64,000 nucleotides of DNA from an uncultured bacterium (GTDB lineage: Bacteria; Nitrospirota; JACRHL01): NCBI GenBank assembly GCA_965371175.1, contig CBDUXI010000005.1:14548-78547 (forward strand). The letters are read 5' to 3'. The notes under the pieces were generated by a model. The model searched no databases, was not told the DNA's origin, and saw only the letters and a program-made list of their open reading frames with translations. Every line of letters starts with the position of its first letter. Within the stretch, counting starts at the first letter, position 1. Shown here in pieces: positions 40,980 through 53,616 of this stretch. The translations under genes and the position numbers were made by a program.

Positions 40980-43697
40980 TTATTGGTCGGGCGTTTCCTG
41001 TTCCAGGTGGGCCAGTAGCGCAAGGCTTTCCTTCAGTTTTGCCACCCGCTCGCCCAGTTCTTCCTTGCGGGCACGGTCTTTTTCCACCACGTGGGCGGGG
41101 GCTTTGTCGACAAAATCGGCGTTCCCCAACTTGCGCTCCAGGCCGGACAGGTCTTTGCCGATCTTGCCCAGTTGCCCTTCCAGCCGGGTGCGCTCTGCCG
41201 CCACGTCGATGAGCCCTGCCAGCGGTACATACAACTCGCCTCCAGGAAATACAGCGGTGGCGGAGGCGTCAGGGCGGGGCGCGTCGGTGGCGGCGGAAAC
41301 CTGCGCCACCCGCCCCAGACGCTCAAGCAGTACGGCCCCCTCTTCCACATGGCGGGCGGTGGCCGCATCGTTGGTTTTGACCACCACCGGCAACGGCACG
41401 GCGGGCGAGATGTTCATGCTGCCGCGAATGCTGCGCACCCCGGTCACCACCTGTTGCAGCACGGTAATAATGGCGGTGGCCTCCGGGTCGTCCAGCCGTT
41501 CATCGGCCTGCGGGTAGGGGGCGAGCATGATGGTTTCGCCCTCGTGGGGCAGGCGGGCGCGGATCTCTTCGGTAATAAACGGCATGAACGGGTGCAGCAG
41601 CCGCAAAATGGCATCGAACACGGCGGTGAGTACCGCCTGTGTGGCTGCGGCCTTGTCGGGGTCGTCGCCATTTAAAGCCGGTTTGGAAAGCTCCAGATAC
41701 CAGTCGCAGAACTCGCCCCAGACAAAGTTGTAGAGCACCCGGGCGGCCTCGTCGAAGCGGAACCCGGCAAGCTGCCGGTTCACCTCGGCACTCACCTCGT
41801 TCAGGCGGCTGACCACCCAGCGGTCCGGCAGGTTTTTGCTATTTATCAGCGTGGCCAGATCGGCTGGCGGGGGCTGGTCCTTCGGCAGGTTCATATCGAT
41901 AAAGCGGGCGGCGTTCCACACCTTGTTGCAAAAGTTGCGATAGCCCGCCACCCGCTCTTCGGCCAGACGAATATCGCGTCCGGGGCTGGCCATGGCCGCC
42001 AGGGTAAAGCGGAAGGCGTCGGTGCCGTACTGGTCCATGATGGTGAGCGGGTCCACCACGTTGCCCTTGGACTTGCTCATTTTCTGGCCGTCGGCATCAA
42101 GGATCAGGGCGTGGATGTAAATGTCTTTAAACGGCACCTCGCCCATAAACCGGAGGCCCATCATAATCATGCGGGCGACCCAGAAGAAGATGATGTCGAA
42201 CGCCGTAACCAGCACGCTGGTGGGGTAGTGGGCGGCAAGGTCCGGGGTTTTTTCCGGCCAGCCCAGGGTAGAGAACGGCCACAGGGCCGAGCTGAACCAG
42301 GTGTCCAGCACGTCCGGGTCCTGGCGGATGTCGGTGTCGCCGCAGCCGCCGCAGCTCGTGGCCTCCTCGCGGCTCACAGTGATGTGTTCGCAACGGTTGC
42401 AGTGCCAGGCTGGAATGCGATGACCCCACCAGAGTTGGCGACTGATGCACCAGTCGCGAATATTCTCCATCCAGTCGAAATAGGTGTTGCTCCAGTTTTC
42501 CGGGAAAAAGCGGATATCGCCGTCTTTGACCGCTTTGATGGCCGGTTTCGCCAGCGGCTCGATTTTGACGAACCACTGGGTGGAGATCATCGGCTCAATC
42601 ACGGTTTTGCAACGGTAGCAGTGGCCTACCGAGTGGCTGTGCAGTTCAGTTTTGACCAGCAGGCCGGCTTTTTCCAGATCGGCGACGACTTTTTTCCGGG
42701 CGGCATCCAGGGCCATCCCTGCGTACGGGCCGGCGGCGGCCGTCATGACCCCTTTGGTGTCCAGAATGGACACGGTTTCCAGGCCGTGTTTTTTGCCCAG
42801 TTCAAAATCGTTGGGATCGTGTCCCGGCGTGATTTTCAGGGCACCGGTACCGAGTTCCATATCCACATAGCTGTCGGCAATGACGGTCAGGGGCGTGTTC
42901 AGAAGCGGCAACAATACCTGCTTGCCGATCAGGTCTTTATAGCGTGCATCGTCCGGATGCACGGCCACGGCGGTGTCGCCCAGCAAGGTTTCCGGGCGGG
43001 TGGTGGCAATCACCAGTTCGCCGTCGCCGTCGGCGTAGCGATAGCGCAGGTGATAGAACGCCCCTTCGGCGTCGTGATGCTCCACCTCCAGATCGGACAG
43101 GGCCGACTCGCACCGGGGGCACCAGTTGACCAGATATTCACCCCGGTAGATGAGGCCGTCTTCGTACAGGGAGACGAATACTTCGCGCACGGCGGCAGAC
43201 AGGCCGTCGTCCATGGTGAAGCGTTCGCGGTTCCAGTCGCACGACGAACCCATGCGGCGCAACTGGTGCATGATATTGCCGCCGGACTCTTCTTTCCAAC
43301 TCCACACCCGCTCTAAAAATGCCTCGCGGCCCAGATCGGAGCGGCTCTTTTTTTCTGCCAGCAGCTGTTTTTCCACCACGTTCTGGGTGGCGATTCCGGC
43401 GTGATCGCAGCCGGGCAGCCACAGGGTGCGATCCCCCTTCATCCGGTGCCAGCGGGTGAGGATATCCTGCAGGGTGTTGTTGAGCGCGTGCCCCATGTGC
43501 AGGTTGCCGGTGACGTTGGGCGGCGGGATGACAATGGTAAACGGATTGCCGGATCGGGCGTTGTCATCGGGGGTGAAGTAGCCGCGCTCTTCCCACACGG
43601 GATACCAGCGGGCCTCGGTTTCGTGGGGCTCGTACTGCTTTGCCAGACGCGCCTCGTCGGGCAGAGCGGATGGTTTGGGATCGACCGGCTGACTCAC
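40980..43697 (-). CDS. valS: Valyl-tRNA synthetase
   Basis: 905 aa with [14 protein letters not shown] (HIGH), KMSKSKGN and a C-terminal coiled coil. Confidence 0.97.
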   Translation of the reverse strand: MSQPVDPKPSALPDEARLAKQYEPHETEARWYPVWEERGYFTPDDNARSGNPFTIVIPPPNVTGNLHMGHALNNTLQDILTRWHRMKGDRTLWLPGCDHAGIATQNVVEKQLLAEKKSRSDLGREAFLERVWSWKEESGGNIMHQLRRMGSSCDWNRERFTMDDGLSAAVREVFVSLYEDGLIYRGEYLVNWCPRCESALSDLEVEHHDAEGAFYHLRYRYADGDGELVIATTRPETLLGDTAVAVHPDDARYKDLIGKQVLLPLLNTPLTVIADSYVDMELGTGALKITPGHDPNDFELGKKHGLETVSILDTKGVMTAAAGPYAGMALDAARKKVVADLEKAGLLVKTELHSHSVGHCYRCKTVIEPMISTQWFVKIEPLAKPAIKAVKDGDIRFFPENWSNTYFDWMENIRDWCISRQLWWGHRIPAWHCNRCEHITVSREEATSCGGCGDTDIRQDPDVLDTWFSSALWPFSTLGWPEKTPDLAAHYPTSVLVTAFDIIFFWVARMIMMGLRFMGEVPFKDIYIHALILDADGQKMSKSKGNVVDPLTIMDQYGTDAFRFTLAAMASPGRDIRLAEERVAGYRNFCNKVWNAARFIDMNLPKDQPPPADLATLINSKNLPDRWVVSRLNEVSAEVNRQLAGFRFDEAARVLYNFVWGEFCDWYLELSKPALNGDDPDKAAATQAVLTAVFDAILRLLHPFMPFITEEIRARLPHEGETIMLAPYPQADERLDDPEATAIITVLQQVVTGVRSIRGSMNISPAVPLPVVVKTNDAATARHVEEGAVLLERLGRVAQVSAATDAPRPDASATAVFPGGELYVPLAGLIDVAAERTRLEGQLGKIGKDLSGLERKLGNADFVDKAPAHVVEKDRARKEELGERVAKLKESLALLAHLEQETPDQ

Positions 43698-43822
43698 GAA
43701 CGTGCCAACAACTTAAAGGGTTTGACTGGCGCGGCAGCCGCATACACATGCGCTGACCGTGCAGGCAGATTGTACGGGTGGATGCGGGCCAGATGCATCA
43801 CACAGGGGCGTGTTTGCGCTCA

Positions 43823-44797
43823 CTAATCTTCGTTGGTGAGGCGTGCGATCTCATCTTTTACGATCGACGTGGCCACATCGGGCAGGGTTTCCCACACCAC
43901 CCGCTCCACCACTTCGATAAACAACTGATCCTGCTCCGCCTGTTTTTCGTTGACCACCTTGAGCACCATGGCGGGCACGGTTTCCCACACCACACGCTCC
44001 ACCACCTCGCGGGCGATGTCGCTGACGATTTCCTCCACCCGCTCAATGGGCAACCCGGCCAACTGGTCGGGCAGGGTGGGGGCGGGGGTCGGCGCCGGGA
44101 TTTCTCCCGGGGGCGCGACCGGCGTGTTTGCGGCCGCTTCCGCAGCACGCTCTTCGCGCAGGTCGGACAACCCGGAATCGAGCAGGTTCTGGAGGCTTTC
44201 CAGCACTTCCTGGCCCGCATCGCCCAGCCCGCCGGGGCGGACTTCGTCGGGTTTATCGTCGTCCTTGCCGCCGTCTCCGGCCATGGCCGTCATGGCAACC
44301 GGTCCGGGCAGGTTCTCTGCCCGGGCGGCGTCACCTTCCGCACCCTGGATCAGCGTGGCGCCGACCGCCTGAGCAACCATCGGCTGCTCGACGGCGACCT
44401 CCTTGACTGCCCGCGCTGTCAGGGTGGATGGGTCCCCCTGCTCGTCGGGCATCCGGGTGCCGTCAATCAGCTTGCGGGCCTGATCGACCAACTGCACGGT
44501 ATCCACCGGCCGGGGGATGGAGACGGTGGCGGGAAAGTTCGTCCCCGTGCCCAGGGCAATCAGCGGAATGCCGGAAAACGCTTCCTGTGCCTGGGACCAC
44601 CAGCTGTGGATTGATGCCGCCTGGGTTTCGCTGGACAGGACAATGACGTCCACGTTCAGCCGGCGATTCTGTACCGTATCCAGCGCCTCTTCCACGGAGG
44701 CGGTGGCCGTCACTTCGTACCCTTCGCGCACCAGGGCGCCGGAGACGAGAATGCGCTCGGTCGCAGATTGATCAATGACAAGAAATTTAACCCGCAT
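43823..44797 (-). CDS. Receiver-like (probably pseudo-receiver) domain protein with Pro-rich linker and duplicated C-terminal motif
   Basis: The REC-like N-terminus is RVKFLVIDQSATERIL...DVIVLSSE, where the usual phospho-acceptor Asp position appears to be Ser. The C-terminus has two copies of VVERVVWET. The start could be 44797, 44812 or 44872. Confidence 0.6.
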   Translation of the reverse strand: MRVKFLVIDQSATERILVSGALVREGYEVTATASVEEALDTVQNRRLNVDVIVLSSETQAASIHSWWSQAQEAFSGIPLIALGTGTNFPATVSIPRPVDTVQLVDQARKLIDGTRMPDEQGDPSTLTARAVKEVAVEQPMVAQAVGATLIQGAEGDAARAENLPGPVAMTAMAGDGGKDDDKPDEVRPGGLGDAGQEVLESLQNLLDSGLSDLREERAAEAAANTPVAPPGEIPAPTPAPTLPDQLAGLPIERVEEIVSDIAREVVERVVWETVPAMVLKVVNEKQAEQDQLFIEVVERVVWETLPDVATSIVKDEIARLTNED

Positions 44798-44898
44798 GAT
44801 TTGCTGGCTCATTACAATAAAGATGGCGTGAACAAGGGTCGAAACGTACCATGCCGTTTTCCCAAAGGTCAAGAATCATCCGGCCGGAGAGGGGGCTT

Positions 44899-45567
44899 TC
44901 AGTCACGGCTTAATTTCCCCAGACGCTGGCGCGCAACAGTTGCCTTGCCGGTGTCGGTCTCCACTTCCAGATAACGCGTCAGCACGCGTGCCGCATCCCG
45001 GTTTTGCCCCAGCCGTTCATACAGGATGGAAAGATTCACGAGGGCTTCCAGGTCCGGGGCACCCGTCTGCTTTTCAGTATGCTCAATCAGCCATGCATAT
45101 TCCGCCGAAGCCGCGTACAGGGCACCCGTGGCCTGCAATGCCCTGGCCAGTTGCCGGTGGGCTTTCATATAGGTGGGACGCAAGCGGATGGCCGTGATCA
45201 GCGCATTTCGTTCGCGCGGATGGAGTTTTGCCCGGTAGAACACCTGGGCCAGATTGAAGTGCACCAGCGGGTCTTCCGGGTCGATCACCCGCAGGGTTTC
45301 CAGCACCGCAAACGCCTCACGCAGGCGGTCGGTGCGTAAATAAAGGATGCCCAGGTTGTTCAGCAACTCACGGGAGCGGGGGTGGTCGGCAAGCAGGGCT
45401 GTGAAGATGCGTTCAGCCTCCAGGTAGCGTTCACCCTTCACCGCGACAATACCCACCTGCAACCGGGCCGCATCGGCACCGGAAATCGGTACTTGTGCAA
45501 AGCCCGTGGTGGATCCGCCTGCCCACACCACAACGGCCAGTGACAATATGACGGCCAGGTTTTTCAT
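44899..45567 (-). CDS. Secreted TPR-repeat protein
   Basis: 222 aa with signal peptide MKNLAVILSLAVVVWAGGSTTGFAQ and TPR-like helices (LNNLGILYLRTDRLREAFAVLE...). Confidence 0.7.
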   Translation of the reverse strand: MKNLAVILSLAVVVWAGGSTTGFAQVPISGADAARLQVGIVAVKGERYLEAERIFTALLADHPRSRELLNNLGILYLRTDRLREAFAVLETLRVIDPEDPLVHFNLAQVFYRAKLHPRERNALITAIRLRPTYMKAHRQLARALQATGALYAASAEYAWLIEHTEKQTGAPDLEALVNLSILYERLGQNRDAARVLTRYLEVETDTGKATVARQRLGKLSRD

Positions 45568-46451
45568 GGTGCAAGCAGTGCCGACTCTTCCCGTCTGGAC
45601 TGGGCTTCAAGCGCTGCCGCCCGCGCCAGATGCCGGGTAAACTGGCGTTGCAGATAGATGACCCGCCCTTCCACGCGCCCGGCCCGGGCAATCAGACGGC
45701 GCAGTGCCTCGGCCCCTGCTGCGGTCCCGGCCGACTGGATGGCAAGGAGCGCTTCCAGCGTGGCCTGCTCCTGCCTCAGGTTGGTCAGTTCGCGGGTGAG
45801 CGACTGGCCGGTGATGCGAATTTTTTCGCTGGTATCCTGCATGATCTGGGCGATCTCGAGCAGTTCATCGGGGGTTTCGTCACCGGTCAGGACAATATCG
45901 TCCTGAATGGCGAGCCGATCCTTCGGGTACTGGAGGTGCGCCTGAGGTGGCCTGACCGTGCCCTTGATCAGCAGATAGTCCATGGCCATCGCAAACCGGT
46001 CCCGGCCAATTTTGTAGTCGCCTGCACGGATGGACTTCTTGCCCGCCCGAATCAGCGCTTTGGCCTCCCTTTCGGTAGCTTTGATCAGGGCCACCTGCCG
46101 GGTCTGCAGGGTGGTGCGAAGGATGCGCTCCAGATGGGCCAGGTTACGCACGTTGGCCAGGATGGCGCGCAGATCCTTCAGGGCGGTCTTGAGCTGGGTG
46201 TCGCGCACGACCCCGGATGTCTTGCCCTTTAGTTTTTCAACCTGCGCGGACAGGAGGTCCTCATGGCGTGACAACTCCTGCCGTTGACGGCCCACCTGCG
46301 CGAGCCGTTCGGTAATGGCGGCCACTTCCGTGTCGAGGGCGGTCACCTCCGTACTCAGCATTTCCGTGCGGGCCTGGGCCGGAGCGGGGGATGAGCCGGA
46401 CAGCAGCACCATGCCGGACACCATGAGGATGGCAACGGCCCGCAAGGTCAT
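45564..46451 (-). CDS. Secreted coiled-coil protein, function unknown
   Basis: Trimmed to the ATG at 46451 ([27 protein letters not shown]), which overlaps the upstream stop (ATGA). Heptad-rich sequence is present. The longer track ORF runs through the regulator gene. Confidence 0.6.
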   Translation of the reverse strand: MTLRAVAILMVSGMVLLSGSSPAPAQARTEMLSTEVTALDTEVAAITERLAQVGRQRQELSRHEDLLSAQVEKLKGKTSGVVRDTQLKTALKDLRAILANVRNLAHLERILRTTLQTRQVALIKATEREAKALIRAGKKSIRAGDYKIGRDRFAMAMDYLLIKGTVRPPQAHLQYPKDRLAIQDDIVLTGDETPDELLEIAQIMQDTSEKIRITGQSLTRELTNLRQEQATLEALLAIQSAGTAAGAEALRRLIARAGRVEGRVIYLQRQFTRHLARAAALEAQSRREESALLAP

Positions 46452-47848
46452 GGTTCTTCCGAACCGGAAAGGCCGTGTTTTTTCATTTTGTATTGCAGGG
46501 AACTGCGCTTCAGCCCCAGGGCGCGGGCCACCTTGCTCTGGTTCCAGCGGTAGCGGGTGAGGGACTCCAGGATGATGCTTTTTTCCAGGGTGTCCAGCCG
46601 CCCGGTAAGGTCCATGGGGGTGTCCGGCGTTGCGGCCTGAACGGTGGCGTCCGGTACGGTGGCCACGGCCTCCGGCATGCCCGCAGCTTCCTGGTTCTGA
46701 AGCTCGCGGGGCAGGTCCAGAACCGTCAACTGTTCTTCGTCGGAAAGCACCACCGCCCGTTCGATCACGTTTTGCAGTTCGCGGATGTTGCCGGGCCATG
46801 GGTAATGCACCAGCCGGTCGATGATTTCCGGGTTCAGCTCACGCTTTTTGGCCATTTCGGCGCCGTATTTATCCAGAAAGTGACGGGCAAGCAGGGGGAT
46901 GTCCTCCACCCGTGCGCGCAAGGGCGGCAGGTCGATGGAAATGACGTTCAGCCGGTAGTACAGGTCTTCCCGGAAGCTGCCGTCGGCGATGGCCGCCTTC
47001 AACTGTTTGTGGGTGGCGGCAACGATGCGGGTATCCACCTGAATGGTTTTGGCGCCGCCCACCCGCTCAAACTCCTTTTCCTGTAAAAACCGGAGCAGTT
47101 TTACCTGGATGCTGGGGGACAGTTCGCCGATCTCATCCAGAAACAGGGTGCCGCCATCGGCCAGTTCAAACCGGCCTTTACGCATGCCGGCGGCACCGGT
47201 ATAGGCCCCTTTTTCGTGGCCGAACAGTTCGGACTCCAGCACGCCTTCCGAAAGCGCCGCGCAGTTGATGGCAATAAACGGCCCGCCGGCGCGCAGGCTG
47301 CGGCGGTGGATTTCCCTGGCGACCAGTTCCTTGCCGGTGCCGCTCTCTCCCAGTATCAGTACCGGCGAGTCGGTGGCGGCCACCTTGTCGATCAACAGGT
47401 GGACCTGCTGCATGGACGGGCCTTCCCCGATCATGGGGCCGGTGCGTTTGTCCTCCTCTTCCTTCAGGTAACGGACCTCGAAGGCAAGCTGCTGCCGGTC
47501 GAGGGCGCGGGCCACCTTGAGTTCCAGCTCGTTGATGGAGAACGGTTTTAAAATGTAGTCATGGGCGCCCAGACGCATGGCTTCCACGGCGTTTTCCACG
47601 GTACCGAAGGCGGTCATGACGATGACCTCGGTTTCGGGAGAGATCTCCTTGATTTTTTTGAGCACCTGGATGCCGTCCTTGCCCGGCATACGCAAGTCGG
47701 TGATGACCACGTCGAAGCCCGATTTGGCCTGTTTGATGGCGGCATCGCCATCCGCCACCGACACCACGTCGTACGATCTTTCCTGCAATGCCTGGGTCAG
47801 CATCTCCCGCATGGATGCCTTGTCGTCGGCAATCAGAATGCGATTCAT
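46448..47848 (-). CDS. Sigma-54-dependent response regulator (NtrC/AtoC family)
   Basis: REC motifs are [10 protein letters not shown] and [16 protein letters not shown]+ motifs are GESGTGKE and GAYTGA. The HTH is [21 protein letters not shown]. Confidence 0.92.
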   Translation of the reverse strand: MNRILIADDKASMREMLTQALQERSYDVVSVADGDAAIKQAKSGFDVVITDLRMPGKDGIQVLKKIKEISPETEVIVMTAFGTVENAVEAMRLGAHDYILKPFSINELELKVARALDRQQLAFEVRYLKEEEDKRTGPMIGEGPSMQQVHLLIDKVAATDSPVLILGESGTGKELVAREIHRRSLRAGGPFIAINCAALSEGVLESELFGHEKGAYTGAAGMRKGRFELADGGTLFLDEIGELSPSIQVKLLRFLQEKEFERVGGAKTIQVDTRIVAATHKQLKAAIADGSFREDLYYRLNVISIDLPPLRARVEDIPLLARHFLDKYGAEMAKKRELNPEIIDRLVHYPWPGNIRELQNVIERAVVLSDEEQLTVLDLPRELQNQEAAGMPEAVATVPDATVQAATPDTPMDLTGRLDTLEKSIILESLTRYRWNQSKVARALGLKRSSLQYKMKKHGLSGSEEP

Positions 47849-49887
47849 ATCGGTTTACCCACCTTCGGATTTTCGGTCTGCATCGGGATATCCCGCATTT
47901 CCAGCGGAAACCAAAGTGCAAACCGCGCACCATTTTCGGTGCTGGTTTCAAGTCTGATCTGTCCCCCGTGCCCTTCCACCACCTTGCCGACAATGGCAAG
48001 GCCCAGGCCGGTACCGTCGGCCCGGGTGGTAAAGAACGGGTTGAATATCTTGTCGCCGATTTCGGCGGGGATGCCCGGGCCGGTATCGCCAATCCGGAAA
48101 GTAATGCCTTCCCGCTCACGGGTCACCTGCACCGACAGGGTGCCGCCCGCCTCCCCCATGGCGGTGGCACCGTTCTGGAGTACGTTCACCAGCGCCTGTT
48201 TGACCTGCACCGGGTCCACCTCCAGGTCGGGCAGATTATCCTCGATTTCCAGTTGCACCGCCACCGCCGTATCCGAACCGGGCAGGGCGATGGCCAGGGC
48301 CTCGTTGATCAGTTCGGCGGGGTTCACCATTTCCGGAGCCAGGGACGGGGCGCGGGCAAAGGTCAGAAAGTCGGTGACCAGATGGTTCAGGCCGGTGACT
48401 TCCTTGAGTACGTTTTCGACGATGCGCTGCCCTTTTTTATCCTTTATCTGGCGGCCCAGCAGTTCCACAAACCCCCGGATGGCGCCCAGTGGGTTGCGGA
48501 TTTCGTGGGCGATACCGGCGGAAAGCTCGCCCAGGGCGGCCAGCCGCTCCCTGATCTGCACCTGATCCTGCAACTGGGCCACCTCGGTCAGGTCCGAAAA
48601 AATGGCGATGGCGCCCACCGGGTTGCCTTCGGTATCGGCAAGCGGAAAGCTGGTAATGCCCAGCACGACGGCCTCTCCGTCCGGCGTGGTCCAGTGCACG
48701 TCTTCCCGCAGGTATTCCAGCTTTTCGTTCAGGCTGCCCATCAGGCACCGATGCACCGGGCTGTCCGGGGTCAGTACGTCATCCAGCGCCGGGGGGATTC
48801 CGGTTTCCGGAAACGGGTAGCCATCAATCGATAAAATGGCCGCCGCCGCCGGGTTGCACAACAGCACCCGGGACGACAGGTTGATACCGATCACCCCGCT
48901 GGGAATGCCCTCAAATACCAGAAAACTAAGGCCCTGAATCCGCTCGGCCCGTTCCCGCTCCACCTGATACAGGCGGGTCAACTCCTCGTCTTTTTCCCTT
49001 AAGTGGCGGGTCATTTCATTGAAGGAATGGGTGAGCAGGCCCACCTCGTCGCGGGTGGCCACCGGCACCGTGGGGTAGCGCTGCACTTCACCCTCGGCCT
49101 CGCTGCCGAACGCGGGAACGGCCTTGCCCCGCACCTGACCGAACGCCGATACCAGTCGCTTGACCGGCCCCGCGATGGAGCGGGACAGGGCCATGCTGAT
49201 GAGCGCCGTCAGGATCACAGCGATGGCCACCAGCACCATAATATCCTTGCGTAGACCCGCCACCGCGCCCAGGAACCCGGCGCCCGCTTCCACACCGACC
49301 GCGGCGAACACCTGGCCGGTTTCATCCACAATCGGGGCGTATCCGCTCTTGTAGAGCGCGCCCGCATCGTCCGCATAGAGGGTGGAGGCGGTCGGCACCC
49401 CCTGCCACACTTGGGACAGTTCTGTGGCGTCCAGCTTTAAAAACAGATATTCCTGCCCGATCGGGGTTTCCTCATCCACGTCCAGCAGCACCCGCCCGTT
49501 CCGGTCGATGATAAACAGGTCGTCCACTTCGGCGGCTGTGGCGTGGGCCGACAGCTTACGCATTAAAATCCGGTACAGGCGCGTATTTTCGTCCCCTGGC
49601 CCCAGCCGTTTCAGGTAGTCCGGACGCAGGCTGCCGGCCACCACCTTGGCATGGCCAAGCAGTCGTTTGGAGAGTGATTCATCGAGGGCGGAAACGGCGG
49701 TATGCAGGAAGAACCAGCCCGCCACGGAAAAGGACAGGGCGATCAGCAGGGTGTACGGGACCAGCAGACGGGTCAGCAGCCTCCCGGTAAAGCGCACGAC
49801 CACCTCGCCCCCGTTTTTCCCTGCCGGGGAGGGGGGAGGCGGTTCGTGGTCGTCGGGCGGCCTGGATTGGGGATCGTCATGCACCAT
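47845..49887 (-). CDS. Sensor histidine kinase (periplasmic domain - HAMP - PAS - HisKA - HATPase)
   Basis: 680 aa with H-box AGIAHEIRNPLGAI, N-box NVLQNGATAM and G-boxes GDTGPGIP and GTGLGLAIV. It overlaps the regulator gene by 4 nt. Confidence 0.9.
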   Translation of the reverse strand: MVHDDPQSRPPDDHEPPPPSPAGKNGGEVVVRFTGRLLTRLLVPYTLLIALSFSVAGWFFLHTAVSALDESLSKRLLGHAKVVAGSLRPDYLKRLGPGDENTRLYRILMRKLSAHATAAEVDDLFIIDRNGRVLLDVDEETPIGQEYLFLKLDATELSQVWQGVPTASTLYADDAGALYKSGYAPIVDETGQVFAAVGVEAGAGFLGAVAGLRKDIMVLVAIAVILTALISMALSRSIAGPVKRLVSAFGQVRGKAVPAFGSEAEGEVQRYPTVPVATRDEVGLLTHSFNEMTRHLREKDEELTRLYQVERERAERIQGLSFLVFEGIPSGVIGINLSSRVLLCNPAAAAILSIDGYPFPETGIPPALDDVLTPDSPVHRCLMGSLNEKLEYLREDVHWTTPDGEAVVLGITSFPLADTEGNPVGAIAIFSDLTEVAQLQDQVQIRERLAALGELSAGIAHEIRNPLGAIRGFVELLGRQIKDKKGQRIVENVLKEVTGLNHLVTDFLTFARAPSLAPEMVNPAELINEALAIALPGSDTAVAVQLEIEDNLPDLEVDPVQVKQALVNVLQNGATAMGEAGGTLSVQVTREREGITFRIGDTGPGIPAEIGDKIFNPFFTTRADGTGLGLAIVGKVVEGHGGQIRLETSTENGARFALWFPLEMRDIPMQTENPKVGKPI

Positions 49888-49954
49888 ACCCCCAAGGATA
49901 TCGGGAGTTTAGCCAAACTGCCAAATATTCGGCTGTTCGGCTTTTACCAGGGGA

Positions 49955-50674
49955 TCAGGTACCGACCCTCTGGATGCTTTCCATAAAGATTTCGATGTCG
50001 GCCTGCTGGCGCAGAAAATCGGAGTAGGCAGCCACCAACTGAGACTGTTTCATGTTCAGCAATCCCGCCCTGCGCGCCCGGTCCTGATCCGCTTTTTCCG
50101 TAGCGGACAGGCCTTCATTCTGTCCGGAAAATACCGACAGATCGGTGGGGGTGACCACCGCTGCCTGGCGGATTACATCCCGCGCCTTGTCCGCCAGAAT
50201 GTCCTCCCGCAGACTGGTTTCAAACCCTTCCGCCGTCATTCTGGCGCGCTTTAATACCCGGCGGTACTGGGCGCTGTTAAAGCGGTTATTCACATGAAAG
50301 GCGGTGATGGCGGTGACCTCGTCCCGCAGTTCCCTGTCGCTGACGGCGATGCCCATGTCGTCTGCAACGCGGCTCCACAATTCGTGATCAATCATCCCGC
50401 TCAAGGCGCGCATACGCAGCCCCAGGGTTTCCACCAGTTCATCGTCCCAGTTTTCGCCGTACCGGTCGCGGAAGCTCTGGTACTGGTTTTTGTATACCCG
50501 TTGATAATCGGTGAGCAGGATGACTTCGCCATTTATCTTGGCGGCATAGCTGCCTCCGGGGCCGGACATGCCAACCATACCCATGCCCCCCACGAACGCC
50601 AGGGTGGCACCCCCCATGACAATGCCGTAGACCCAGCGTTTTTCTACCCCTATTCTCCGAACCAGTTCAAGCAT
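49955..50674 (-). CDS. SurA N-terminal domain / PpiD-like periplasmic chaperone without a PPIase domain
   Basis: 239 aa with an N-terminal anchor. AAKINGEVILLTDYQRVYKNQ and AQYRRVLKRARMTAEGFETSLREDIL resemble the PpiD/SurA N-domain. Confidence 0.6.
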   Translation of the reverse strand: MLELVRRIGVEKRWVYGIVMGGATLAFVGGMGMVGMSGPGGSYAAKINGEVILLTDYQRVYKNQYQSFRDRYGENWDDELVETLGLRMRALSGMIDHELWSRVADDMGIAVSDRELRDEVTAITAFHVNNRFNSAQYRRVLKRARMTAEGFETSLREDILADKARDVIRQAAVVTPTDLSVFSGQNEGLSATEKADQDRARRAGLLNMKQSQLVAAYSDFLRQQADIEIFMESIQRVGT

Positions 50675-50836
50675 GACGTACCGTATCTTTCAAATTTCAC
50701 ATAGATGGCAAGAGACCGCCTGAATTCTAGCCGGATCGGGGCGGGGGATCAATCTGCTTGGGGAGTGGGCGGGCATTACGATGGACGGCAGACGGGGATT
50801 CAACCAACTGAATTACGCATTTTTTTGCGATCCGGG

Positions 50837-50864
50837 TTGACGCTGGGCCGGGGCTGGTTAAATA
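50837..50864 (+). promoter_or_regulatory. Candidate sigma-70-type promoter upstream of grpE
   Basis: TTGACG (50837-50842), a 16-nt spacer, then TAAATA (50859-50864), ~74 nt upstream of the grpE ATG. I saw no CIRCE element. Confidence 0.3.
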
Positions 50865-50937
50865 CGGCTTGTACGGGTTTGGGCGGGTGCCCGATCCCGG
50901 ATGGATTTCAACGGCTTATGGTGAACTGGATTTTTTA

Positions 50938-51525
50938 ATGAGTACGGATTCGGACACGGCTCCCAAGCCGGTAGATGCGTCGGCAGATGCGCTGGAAGCA
51001 GAGGTGGATGCCCCCGCCAAAGAGGCCGGTACAGGTGCGGAGGACACCCCGGAAAACGCCTCGGTAGACGCGCAGGAGCCGACGCCCGAAGAGGTGTTGG
51101 CACAGGCACAAGAGAAGCACGTGCGGCTGTATGCGGAGTTTGAAAACTACAAAAAGCGCACCAGCCGCGAGAACGAGGATTTTAAAAAGTACGCCAACGA
51201 ATCGCTGCTGCGGGAACTGCTGGGCGTACTCGACAACCTGGAGCGGGCCATTTCCCACGCCCGTGAGGCCGAAGGCGGCGGAGAAACCCTGCAGGAAGGG
51301 GTAGAGATGACCCACAAACTGTTTATCGACACCCTGGAAAAATTCGGCGTCACACCCATTCCGGCCGCCGGGGAAGTATTTAATCCCGCAGTGCATCAGG
51401 CGGTTTCCCAGGTGGAAGCCAAAGCCGTAGCGGACGGCGCCATCGCCGAGGTATTCCGCACCGGTTTTTTCTTTAAGGAACGTGTATTGCGCCCGGCCAT
51501 GGTCGTGGTCGCCAAAAATAAATAG
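50938..51525 (+). CDS. grpE: Nucleotide exchange factor GrpE
   Basis: Trimmed to the ATG at 50938. [16 protein letters not shown] and [16 protein letters not shown] are present. Confidence 0.93.
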   Translation: MSTDSDTAPKPVDASADALEAEVDAPAKEAGTGAEDTPENASVDAQEPTPEEVLAQAQEKHVRLYAEFENYKKRTSRENEDFKKYANESLLRELLGVLDNLERAISHAREAEGGGETLQEGVEMTHKLFIDTLEKFGVTPIPAAGEVFNPAVHQAVSQVEAKAVADGAIAEVFRTGFFFKERVLRPAMVVVAKNK

Positions 51526-51578
51526 ATACAAAACGGCGCGTCGCACACACGCTGCACGCCGGTAGGAGGACAGACGTT

Positions 51579-53492
<1,914 letters not shown>

Positions 53493-53529
53493 CCCCGATA
53501 CCTGCGGGGGATTCCTGCACAACGGGTGC

Positions 53530-53561
53530 GTGCGGCCGGGGTTTCCCGGCCGCACCTTTTT
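53530..53561 (+). terminator. Intrinsic terminator/attenuator between dnaK and dnaJ
   Basis: gtgcggccggg-gttt-cccggccgcac (11-bp stem) followed by cttttt. Confidence 0.7.
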
Positions 53562-53616
53562 AAAGCTGTAACTGTCCGGCCGAACCTACGGGCCGGAGCA
53601 AGAGTAAGGAAACCGG

